In this document: positions 53,180-64,000 of the stretch, piece by piece
Position numbering within the stretch: the stretch's first letter is position 1
Layout: every line of letters starts with the position of its first letter
Source of the DNA: the human T2T-CHM13v2.0 reference genome, Homo sapiens
Direction: 5' to 3' (one strand)
Assembly: GCF_009914755.1 (NCBI RefSeq)
Contig: NC_060946.1
Length of the DNA: 64,000 nucleotides
Position numbers and translations under genes: made by a program
The notes under the pieces: model-generated
What the model saw: only the letters and a program-made list of their open reading frames with translations
Databases searched by the model: none
What the model was told of the DNA's origin: nothing

Positions 53180-54201
53180 TAGTTTTTATTTGAAGATATT
53201 TCCTTTCTCACCATAGACCTGAAAGCTGTCCTAATGTTCACTTCCAGATACTACAGAAAGAGTGTTTCAAAACTGCTGTACGAAAGGGAATGTTCAACTC
53301 TGTGACTTGAATGCACACATCACAAAGAAGTTTCTGAGGATGCTGCTGTCTACTTTTTATACGTAATCCCGTTTCCAACGAAATCCTCCAAGCTATCCAA
53401 ATATCCACTTGCAGATTCCACAGAAAGACTGTTTCAAAACTGCTCTGTCAATAGAAAGGTTCAACTCTGTTAGCTGCGTGCATATATCCCAAAGAAGATT
53501 CTGAGATTGCTTCTGTCTAGTTTTTATGGGAAGATATTTCCCTTTTCACCGTAGGCGTCAAGGCGCTCCAAATGTCCACTTCCAGATACTACAAAAAGAG
53601 TGTTTCAAACCTACTCTGTGAAAGCGAATATTCAACTCTGTGACTTGAATGCACATATCACAAAGAAGTTTCTGAGAATGCTTCTGTCGAGATTTTATAT
53701 GAAGATATTCCCGTTTCCAACGAAATCCTGAAATCTATCCAAATATCCCCTCGCAGATTCTACAAAAAGAGTGTTTCAAAACTGCTCTGTAAAAAGAAAG
53801 GTTCAACTCTGTTAGTTGAGTACACACATCACAAACAAGTTTCACAGAATGCTTCTTTCTAGCTTGTAGGGGAAGATATTCCCTTTATCACCATGGTCCT
53901 CAAACCGTCCGAAACGTCCACTTCCATATACTACAAAAAGAGCGTTTCAAACCTGCTCTAGGAAAGGCAATGTTCAACTCTGTGACTTGAATGCAGACAT
54001 CACAGAACAGTTTCTGAGAATGCTTCTGTCTAGATTTTATAGGAAGATATTCCCGTTTCCAACGAAATCTTCAAATCTATCCAAATGTCCACTTGCAGAT
54101 TCATCAAAAAGTGTTTTTCAGAACTGCTCTATCAAAAGAAAGATCCACCTCTGTTAGCTGAGTTCACACATCACAAACAAGTTTATGAGAATGCTTCTGT
54201 C
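53180..54201 (-). repeat. 6-mer HOR structural variant (1022 bp)
   Basis: One 342-bp dimer is missing. A hybrid monomer reads 'ttttataggaagatattcccgtttccaacgaaatcttca-aatctatccaaatgtcc'. Confidence 0.95.
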
Positions 54202-57200
54202 TAGTTTTTATTTGAAGATATTTCCTTTCTCACCATAGACCTGAAAGCTGTCCTAATGTTCACTTCCAGATACTACAGAAAGAGTGTTTCAAAACTGCTG
54301 TACGAAAGGGAATGTTCAACTCTGTGACTTGAATGCACACATCACAAAGAAGTTTCTGAGGATGCTGCTGTCTACTTTTTATACGTAATCCCGTTTCCAA
54401 CGAAATCCTCCAAGCTATCCAAATATCCACTTGCAGATTCCACAGAAAGACTGTTTCAAAACTGCTCTGTCAATAGAAAGGTTCAACTCTGTTAGCTGCG
54501 TGCATATATCCCAAAGAAGATTCTGAGATTGCTTCTGTCTAGTTTTTATGGGAAGATATTTCCCTTTTCACCGTAGGCGTCAAGGCGCTCCAAATGTCCA
54601 CTTCCAGATACTACAAAAAGAGTGTTTCAAACCTACTCTGTGAAAGCGAATATTCAAATCTGTGACTTGAATGCACATATCACAAAGAAGTTTCTGAGAA
54701 TGCTTCTGTCGAGATTTTATATGAAGATATTCCCGTTTCCAACGAAATCCTGAAATCTATCCAAATATCCCCTCGCAGATTCTACAAAAAGAGTGTTTCA
54801 AAACTGCTCTGTAAAAAGAAAGGTTCAACTCTGTTAGTTGAGTACACACATCACAAACAAGTTTCACAGAATGCTTCTTTCTAGCTTGTAGGGGAAGATA
54901 TTCCCTTTATCACCATGGGCCTCCAACCGTCCGAAACGTCCACTTCCATATACTACCAAAAGAGCCTTTCAAACCTGCTCTAGGAAAGGCAATGTTCAAC
55001 TCTGTGACTTGAATGCAGACATCACAGAGCAGTTTCTGAGAATGCTTCTGTCTAGATTTTATAGGAAGATACTCCCGTTTCCAACGAAATCTTCACAGCT
55101 ATCCAAATATCCACTTGCAGATTCTACAAAAAGAGTGTATCAAAACTGCTCTGTCAAAAGGAAGGTTCTTCTCTGTTAGGTGAGTGCATACGTCATAAAG
55201 GAGTTTCTGAGAATGTTTCTGTCTAGTGGTTATGGGAAGATATTTGCTTTTTCACCGTAGGCCTCAGAGCGCTCCAAATATCCACTTGCACATACTACAA
55301 AAAGAGTGCCTCAAAGCTGCTCTCTGAAACGGAATGTTCAACTCTATGAGTTGAATGCAAACATCACAAAGACGTTTCTGAGAATGCTTCTGTCTAGATT
55401 TGATATGAAGATATTCCCGTTTCCAACGAAATCTTCAAATCTATCCAAATGTCCACTTGCAGATTCAACAAAAAGTGTTTTTCAGAACTGCTCTATCAAA
55501 AGAAAGATCCACCTCTGTTAGCTGAGTTCACACATCACAAACAAGTTTATGAGAATGCTTCTGTCTAGTTTTTATTTGAAGATATTTCCTTTCTCACCAT
55601 AGACCTGAAAGCTGTCCTAATGTTCACTTCCAGATACTACAGAAAGAGTGTTTAAAAACTGCTGTACGAAAGGGAATGTTCAACTCTGTGACTTGAATGC
55701 ACACATCACAAAGAAGTTTCTGAGGATGCTGCTGTCTACTTTTTATACGTAATCCCGTTTCCAACGAAATCCTCCAAGCTATCCAAATATCCACTTGCAG
55801 ATTCCACAGAAAGACTGTTTCAAAACTGCTCTGTCAATAGAAAGGTTCAACTCTGTTAGCTGCGTGCATATATCCCAAAGAAGATTCTGAGATTGCTTCT
55901 GTCTAGTTTTTATGGGAAGATATTTCCCTTTTCACCGTAGGCGTCAAGGCGCTCCAAATGTCCACTTCCAGATACTACAAAAAGAGTGTTTCAAACCTAC
56001 TCTGTGAAAGGGAATATTCAACTCTGTGACTTGAATGCACATATCACAAAGAAGTTTCTGAGAATGCTTCTGTCGAGATTTTATATGAAGATGTTCCCGT
56101 TTCCAACGAAATCCTGAAATCTATCCAAATATCACCTCGCAGATTCTACAAAAAGAGTGTTTCAAAACTGCTCTGTAAAAAGAAAGTTTCAACTCTGTTA
56201 CTTGAGTACACACATCACAAACAAGTTTCACAGAATGCTTCTTTCTAGCTTGTAGGGGAAGATATTCCCTTTATCACCATGGACCTCCAACCGTCCGAAA
56301 CGTCCACTTCCATATACTACAAAAAGAGCGTTTCAAACCTGCTCTATGAAAGGCAATGTTCAACTCTGTGACTTGAATGCAGACATCACAGAGCAGTTTC
56401 TGAGAATGCTTCTGTCTAGATTTTATAGGAAGATATTCCCGTTTCCAACGAAATCTTCACAGCTATCCAAATATCCACTTGCAGATTCTACAAAAAGAGT
56501 GTATCAAAACTGCTCTGTCAAAAGGAAGGTTCTTCTCTGTTAGGTGAGTGCATACGTCATAAAGGAGTTTCTGAGAATGTTTCTGTCTAGTGGTTATGGG
56601 AAGATATTTGCTTTTTCACCGTAGGCCTCAGAGCGCTCCAAATATCCACTTGCACATACTACAAAAAGAGTGCCTCAAAGCTGCTCTCTGAAACGGAATG
56701 TTCAACTCTATGAGTTGAATGCAAACATCACAAAGACGTTTCTGAGAATGCTTCTGTCTAGATTTGATATGAAGATATTCCCGTTTCCAACGAAATCTTC
56801 AAATCTATCCAAATGTCCACTTGCAGATTCAACAAAAAGTGTTTTTCAGAACTGCTCTATCAAAAGAAAGATCCACCTCTGTTAGCTGAGTTCACACATC
56901 ACAAACAAGTTTATGAGAATGCTTCTGTCTAGTTTTTATTTGAAGATATTTCCTTTCTCACCATAGACCTGAAAGCTGTCCTAATGTTCACTTCCAGATA
57001 CTACAGAAAGAGTGTTTAAAAACTGCTGTACGAAAGGGAATGTTCAACTCTGTGACTTGAATGCACACATCACAAAGAAGTTTCTGAGGATGCTGCTGTC
57101 TACTTTTTATACGTAATCCCGTTTCCAACGAAATCCTCCAAGCTATCCAAATATCCACTTGCAGATTCCACAGAAAGACTGTTTCAAAACTGCTCTGTCA

Positions 57201-59657
57201 ATAGAAAGGTTCAACTCTGTTAGCTGCGTGCATATATCCCAAAGAAGATTCTGAGATTGCTTCTGTCTAGTTTTTATGGGAAGATATTTCCCTTTTCACC
57301 GTAGGCGTCAAGGCGCTCCAAATGTCCACTTCCAGATACTACAAAAAGAGTGTTTCAAACCTACTCTGTGAAAGGGAATATTCAACTCTGTGACTTGAAT
57401 GCACATATCACAAAGAAGTTTCTGAGAATGCTTCTGTCGAGATTTTATATGAAGATATTCCCGTTTCCAACGAAATCCTGAAATCTATCCAAATATCCCC
57501 TCGCAGATTCTACAAAAAGAGTGTTTCAAAACTGCTCTGTAAAAAGAAAGGTTCAACTCTGTTAGTTGAGTACACACATCACAAACAAGTTTCACAGAAT
57601 GCTTCTTTCTAGCTTGTAGGGGAAGATATTCCCTTTATCACCATGGGCCTCCAAACGTCCGAAACGTCCACTTCCATATACTACAAAAAGAGCGTTTCAA
57701 ACCTGCTCTAGGAAAGGCAATGTTCAACTCTGTGACTTGAATGCAGACATCACAGAGCAGTTTCTGAGAATGCTTCTGTCTAGATTTTATAGGAAGATAT
57801 TCCCGTTTCCAACGAAATCTTCACAGCTATCCAAATATCCACTTGCAGATTCTACAAAAAGAGTGTATCAAAACTGCTCTGTCAAAAGGAAGGTTCTTCT
57901 CTGTTAGGTGAGTGCATACGTCATAAAGGAGTTTCTGAGAATGTTTCTGTCTAGTGGTTATGGGAAGATATTTGCTTTTTCACCGTAGGCCTCAGAGCGC
58001 TCCAAATATCCACTTGCACATACTACAAAAAGAGTGCCTCAGAGCTGCTCTCTGAAACGGAATGTTCAACTCTATGAGTTGAATGCAAACATCACAAAGA
58101 CGTTTCTGAGAATGCTTCTGTCTAGATTTGATATGAAGATATTCCCGTTTCCAACGAAATCTTCAAATCTATCCAAATGTCCACTTGCAGATTCAACAAA
58201 AAGTGTTTTTCAGAACTGCTCTATCAAAAGAAAGATCCACCTCTGTTAGCTGAGTTCACACATCACAAACAAGTTTATGAGAATGCTTCTGTCTAGTTTT
58301 TATTTGAAGATATTTCCTTTCTCACCATAGACCTGAAAGCTGTCCTAATGTTCACTTCCAGATACTACAGAAAGAGTGTTTCAAAACTGCTGTACGAAAG
58401 GGAATGTTCAACTCTGTGACTTGAATGCACACATCACAAAGAAGTTTCTGAGGATGCTGCTGTCTACTTTTTATACGTAATCCCGTTTCCAACGAAATCC
58501 TCCAAGCTATCCAAATATCCACTTGCAGATTCCACAGAAAGACTGTTTCAAAACTGCTCTGTCAATAGAAAGGTTCAACTCTGTTAGCTGCGTGCATATA
58601 TCCCAAAGAAGATTCTGAGATTGCTTCTGTCTAGTTTTTATGGGAAGATATTTCCCTTTTCACCGTAGGCGTCAAGGCGCTCCAAATGTCCACTTCCAGA
58701 TACTACAAAAAGAGTGTTTCAAACCTACTCTGTGAAAGGGAATATTCAACTCTGTGACTTGAATGCACATATCACAAAGAAGTTTCTGAGAATGCTTCTG
58801 TCGAGATTTTATATGAAGATATTCCCGTTTCCAACGAAATCCTGAAATCTATCCAAATATCCCCTCGCAGATTCTACAAAAAGAGTGTTTCAAAACTGCT
58901 CTGTAAAAAGAAAGGTTCAACTCTGTTAGTTGAGTACACACATCACAAACAAGTTTCACAGAATGCTTCTTTCTAGCTTGTAGGGGAAGATATTCCCTTT
59001 ATCACCATGGGCCTCCAAACGTCCGAAACGTCCACTTCCATATACTACAAAAAGAGCGTTTCAAACCTGCTCTAGGAAAGGCAATGTTCAACTCTGTGAC
59101 TTGAATGCAGACATCACAGAGCAGTTTCTGAGAATGCTTCTGTCTAGATTTTATAGGAAGATATTCCCGTTTCCAACGAAATCTTCACAGCTATCCAAAT
59201 ATCCACTTGCAGATTCTACAAAAAGAGTGTATCAAAACTGCTCTGTCAAAAGGAAGGTTCTTCTCTGTTAGGTGAGTGCATACGTCATAAAGGAGTTTCT
59301 GAGAATGTTTCTGTCTAGTGGTTATGGGAAGATATTTGCTTTTTCACCGTAGGCCTCAGAGCGCTCCAAATATCCACTTGCACATACTACAAAAAGAGTG
59401 CCTCAGAGCTGCTCTCTGAAACGGAATGTTCAACTCTATGAGTTGAATGCAAACATCACAAAGACGTTTCTGAGAATGCTTCTGTCTAGATTTGATATGA
59501 AGATATTCCCGTTTCCAACGAAATCTTCAAATCTATCCAAATGTCCACTTGCAGATTCAACAAAAAGTGTTTTTCAGAACTGCTCTATCAAAAGAAAGAT
59601 CCACCTCTGTTAGCTGAGTTCACACATCACAAACAAGTTTATGAGAATGCTTCTGTC

Positions 59658-60679
59658 TAGTTTTTATTTGAAGATATTTCCTTTCTCACCATAGACCTGA
59701 AAGCTGTCCTAATGTTCACTTCCAGATACTACAGAAAGAGTGTTTAAAAACTGCTGTACGAAAGGGAATGTTCAACTCTGTGACTTGAATGCACACATCA
59801 CAAAGAAGTTTCTGAGGATGCTGCTGTCTACTTTTTATACGTAATCCCGTTTCCAACGAAATCCTCCAAGCTATCCAAATATCCACTTGCAGATTCCACA
59901 GAAAGACTGTTTCAAAACTGCTCTGTCAATAGAAAGGTTCAACTCTGTTAGCTGCGTGCATATATCCCAAAGAAGATTCTGAGATTGCTTCTGTCTAGTT
60001 TTTATGGGAAGATATTTCCCTTTTCACCGTAGGCGTCAAGGCGCTCCAAATGTCCACTTCCAGATACTACAAAAAGAGTGTTTCAAACCTACTCTGTGAA
60101 AGCGAATATTCAACTCTGTGACTTGAATGCACATATCACAAAGAAGTTTCTGAGAATGCTTCTGTCGAGATTTTATATGAAGATATTCCCGTTTCCAACG
60201 AAATCCTGAAATCTATCCAAATATCCCCTCGCAGATTCTACAAAAAGAGTGTTTCAAAACTGCTCTGTAAAAAGAAAGGTTCAACTCTGTTAGTTGAGTA
60301 CACACATCACAAACAAGTTTCACAGAATGCTTCTTTCTAGCTTGTAGGGGAAGATATTCCCTTTATCACCATGGTCCTCAAACCGTCCGAAACGTCCACT
60401 TCCATATACTACAAAAAGAGCGTTTCAAACCTGCTCTAGGAAAGGCAATGTTCAACTCTGTGACTTGAATGCAGACATCACAGAACAGTTTCTGAGAATG
60501 CTTCTGTCTAGATTTTATAGGAAGATATTCCCGTTTCCAACGAAATCTTCAAATCTATCCAAATGTCCACTTGCAGATTCATCAAAAAGTGTTTTTCAGA
60601 ACTGCTCTATCAAAAGAAAGATCCACCTCTGTTAGCTGAGTTCACACATCACAAACAAGTTTATGAGAATGCTTCTGTC
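59658..60679 (-). repeat. 6-mer HOR structural variant (1022 bp), second copy
   Basis: Same hybrid junction and same private 'gattcaTcaaaa' variant as 53180-54201. Confidence 0.95.
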
Positions 60680-63600
60680 TAGTTTTTATTTGAAGATATT
60701 TCCTTTCTCACCATAGACCTGAAAGCTGTCCTAATGTTCACTTCCAGATACTACAGAAAGAGTGTTTCAAAACTGCTGTACGAAAGGGAATGTTCAACTC
60801 TGTGACTTGAATGCACACATCACAAAGAAGTTTCTGAGGATGCTGCTGTCTACTTTTTATACGTAATCCCGTTTCCAACGAAATCCTCCAAGCTATCCAA
60901 ATATCCACTTGCAGATTCCACAGAAAGACTGTTTCAAAACTGCTCTGTCAATAGAAAGGTTCAACTCTGTTAGCTGCGTGCATATATCCCAAAGAAGATT
61001 CTGAGATTGCTTCTGTCTAGTTTTTATGGGAAGATATTTCCCTTTTCACCGTAGGCGTCAAGGCGCTCCAAATGTCCACTTCCAGATACTACAAAAAGAG
61101 TGTTTCAAACCTACTCTGTGAAAGCGAATATTCAAATCTGTGACTTGAATGCACATATCACAAAGAAGTTTCTGAGAATGCTTCTGTCGAGATTTTATAT
61201 GAAGATATTCCCGTTTCCAACGAAATCCTGAAATCTATCCAAATATCCCCTCGCAGATTCTACAAAAAGAGTGTTTCAAAACTGCTCTGTAAAAAGAAAG
61301 GTTCAACTCTGTTAGTTGAGTACACACATCACAAACAAGTTTCACAGAATGCTTCTTTCTAGCTTGTAGGGGAAGATATTCCCTTTATCACCATGGGCCT
61401 CCAACCGTCCGAAACGTCCACTTCCATATACTACCAAAAGAGCCTTTCAAACCTGCTCTAGGAAAGGCAATGTTCAACTCTGTGACTTGAATGCAGACAT
61501 CACAGAGCAGTTTCTGAGAATGCTTCTGTCTAGATTTTATAGGAAGATACTCCCGTTTCCAACGAAATCTTCACAGCTATCCAAATATCCACTTGCAGAT
61601 TCTACAAAAAGAGTGTATCAAAACTGCTCTGTCAAAAGGAAGGTTCTTCTCTGTTAGGTGAGTGCATACGTCATAAAGGAGTTTCTGAGAATGTTTCTGT
61701 CTAGTGGTTATGGGAAGATATTTGCTTTTTCACCGTAGGCCTCAGAGCGCTCCAAATATCCACTTGCACATACTACAAAAAGAGTGCCTCAAAGCTGCTC
61801 TCTGAAACGGAATGTTCAACTCTATGAGTTGAATGCAAACATCACAAAGACGTTTCTGAGAATGCTTCTGTCTAGATTTGATATGAAGATATTCCCGTTT
61901 CCAACGAAATCTTCAAATCTATCCAAATGTCCACTTGCAGATTCAACAAAAAGTGTTTTTCAGAACTGCTCTATCAAAAGAAAGATCCACCTCTGTTAGC
62001 TGAGTTCACACATCACAAACAAGTTTATGAGAATGCTTCTGTCTAGTTTTTATTTGAAGATATTTCCTTTCTCACCATAGACCTGAAAGCTGTCCTAATG
62101 TTCACTTCCAGATACTACAGAAAGAGTGTTTAAAAACTGCTGTACGAAAGGGAATGTTCAACTCTGTGACTTGAATGCACACATCACAAAGAAGTTTCTG
62201 AGGATGCTGCTGTCTACTTTTTATACGTAATCCCGTTTCCAACGAAATCCTCCAAGCTATCCAAATATCCACTTGCAGATTCCACAGAAAGACTGTTTCA
62301 AAACTGCTCTGTCAATAGAAAGGTTCAACTCTGTTAGCTGCGTGCATATATCCCAAAGAAGATTCTGAGATTGCTTCTGTCTAGTTTTTATGGGAAGATA
62401 TTTCCCTTTTCACCGTAGGCGTCAAGGCGCTCCAAATGTCCACTTCCAGATACTACAAAAAGAGTGTTTCAAACCTACTCTGTGAAAGGGAATATTCAAC
62501 TCTGTGACTTGAATGCACATATCACAAAGAAGTTTCTGAGAATGCTTCTGTCGAGATTTTATATGAAGATGTTCCCGTTTCCAACGAAATCCTGAAATCT
62601 ATCCAAATATCACCTCGCAGATTCTACAAAAAGAGTGTTTCAAAACTGCTCTGTAAAAAGAAAGTTTCAACTCTGTTACTTGAGTACACACATCACAAAC
62701 AAGTTTCACAGAATGCTTCTTTCTAGCTTGTAGGGGAAGATATTCCCTTTATCACCATGGACCTCCAACCGTCCGAAACGTCCACTTCCATATACTACAA
62801 AAAGAGCGTTTCAAACCTGCTCTATGAAAGGCAATGTTCAACTCTGTGACTTGAATGCAGACATCACAGAGCAGTTTCTGAGAATGCTTCTGTCTAGATT
62901 TTATAGGAAGATATTCCCGTTTCCAACGAAATCTTCACAGCTATCCAAATATCCACTTGCAGATTCTACAAAAAGAGTGTATCAAAACTGCTCTGTCAAA
63001 AGGAAGGTTCTTCTCTGTTAGGTGAGTGCATACGTCATAAAGGAGTTTCTGAGAATGTTTCTGTCTAGTGGTTATGGGAAGATATTTGCTTTTTCACCGT
63101 AGGCCTCAGAGCGCTCCAAATATCCACTTGCACATACTACAAAAAGAGTGCCTCAAAGCTGCTCTCTGAAACGGAATGTTCAACTCTATGAGTTGAATGC
63201 AAACATCACAAAGACGTTTCTGAGAATGCTTCTGTCTAGATTTGATATGAAGATATTCCCGTTTCCAACGAAATCTTCAAATCTATCCAAATGTCCACTT
63301 GCAGATTCAACAAAAAGTGTTTTTCAGAACTGCTCTATCAAAAGAAAGATCCACCTCTGTTAGCTGAGTTCACACATCACAAACAAGTTTATGAGAATGC
63401 TTCTGTCTAGTTTTTATTTGAAGATATTTCCTTTCTCACCATAGACCTGAAAGCTGTCCTAATGTTCACTTCCAGATACTACAGAAAGAGTGTTTCAAAA
63501 CTGCTGTACGAAAGGGAATGTTCAACTCTGTGACTTGAATGCACACATCACAAAGAAGTTTCTGAGGATGCTGCTGTCTACTTTTTATACGTAATCCCGT

Positions 63601-64000
63601 TTCCAACGAAATCCTCCAAGCTATCCAAATATCCACTTGCAGATTCCACAGAAAGACTGTTTCAAAACTGCTCTGTCAATAGAAAGGTTCAACTCTGTTA
63701 GCTGCGTGCATATATCCCAAAGAAGATTCTGAGATTGCTTCTGTCTAGTTTTTATGGGAAGATATTTCCCTTTTCACCGTAGGCGTCAAGGCGCTCCAAA
63801 TGTCCACTTCCAGATACTACAAAAAGAGTGTTTCAAACCTACTCTGTGAAAGGGAATATTCAACTCTGTGACTTGAATGCACATATCACAAAGAAGTTTC
63901 TGAGAATGCTTCTGTCGAGATTTTATATGAAGATATTCCCGTTTCCAACGAAATCCTGAAATCTATCCAAATATCCCCTCGCAGATTCTACAAAAAGAGT

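Larger units (their letters stand above)
1..64000 (-). repeat. Centromeric alpha-satellite higher-order repeat array (8-mer, 1364 bp)
   Basis: ~171-bp monomers with alphoid motifs (ttcaactctgtgacttgaatgca, gtttctgagaatgcttctgtctag). The unit start 'tagtttttatttgaagat' recurs at 1, 1365, 2729, 4093, 5457 ... 63408. Copies are nearly identical. CENP-B boxes read on the minus strand throughout, and no inversion was seen. Confidence 0.99.
51816..64000 (-). repeat. 6478-bp tandem duplication (four 8-mers plus one 6-mer), second copy truncated by the window end
   Basis: Private variants recur at +6478 (e.g. aaagCgaat, ttcaaAtctg, tactacCaaa, gagcCtttc, gatGttccc, atcAcctc). The ORF starts 52920/59398, 55306/61784 and 56346/62824 also differ by 6478. 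Confidence 0.92.

Noticed and set aside
55072-56093. Variants next to CENP-B boxes (gataCtcccg, gatGttcccg) as box-inactivating
   Set aside because: Both lie outside the 17-bp box and the core is intact.
1105-63363. Repeated 65-aa and 71-aa ORFs
   Set aside because: These are chance open frames in alpha satellite. The 71-aa frame starts at GTG, presence toggles with single SNPs, and there is no gene context. They are useful only as haplotype markers.
1-64000. CRISPR-like regularly spaced conserved 17-31-bp motif
   Set aside because: The intervening sequences are themselves homologous repeats rather than unique spacers, there are no cas genes, and the motif is the CENP-B box.
1-64000. L1/Alu insertion, inversion or foreign insert
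   Set aside because: Unit-start arithmetic (1364, 1363 or 1022 bp) accounts for every base, and all boxes have the same orientation.

Overview
The whole 64 kb is uninterrupted, single-orientation primate alpha-satellite DNA, almost certainly human. It is made of ~171-bp monomers arranged as an 8-monomer, 1364-bp higher-order repeat (HOR) with a CENP-B box in every second monomer. The unit size, dimeric layout and a 680-bp XbaI-TaqI fragment best fit the SF2 chromosome 14/22 live array (D14Z9/D22Z1, alphaXT). I count 47 complete HOR copies (45 8-mers and two 6-mers) plus a partial copy. I found no genes, RNA genes, transposons or CRISPR arrays, and the ORF track is a repeat artefact. I do not see a new protein-coding system. 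The interesting signal is the internal array architecture, read from shared variants: (1) a 2727-bp A/B HOR dimer (a nascent 16-mer) expanded over about 8.2-51.8 kb; (2) a remnant of older sequence that breaks its phase at about 25-27 kb; (3) a 6478-bp tandem duplication carrying a 6-mer whose deletion junction spans a CENP-B box; (4) a shared haplotype on both flanks; (5) short conversion-like tracts; (6) a 4-substitution cluster; (7) one mutated CENP-B box; and (8) a rare SNP recurring at exactly 19,089-bp intervals. All variant calls were made by eye and need alignment confirmation.
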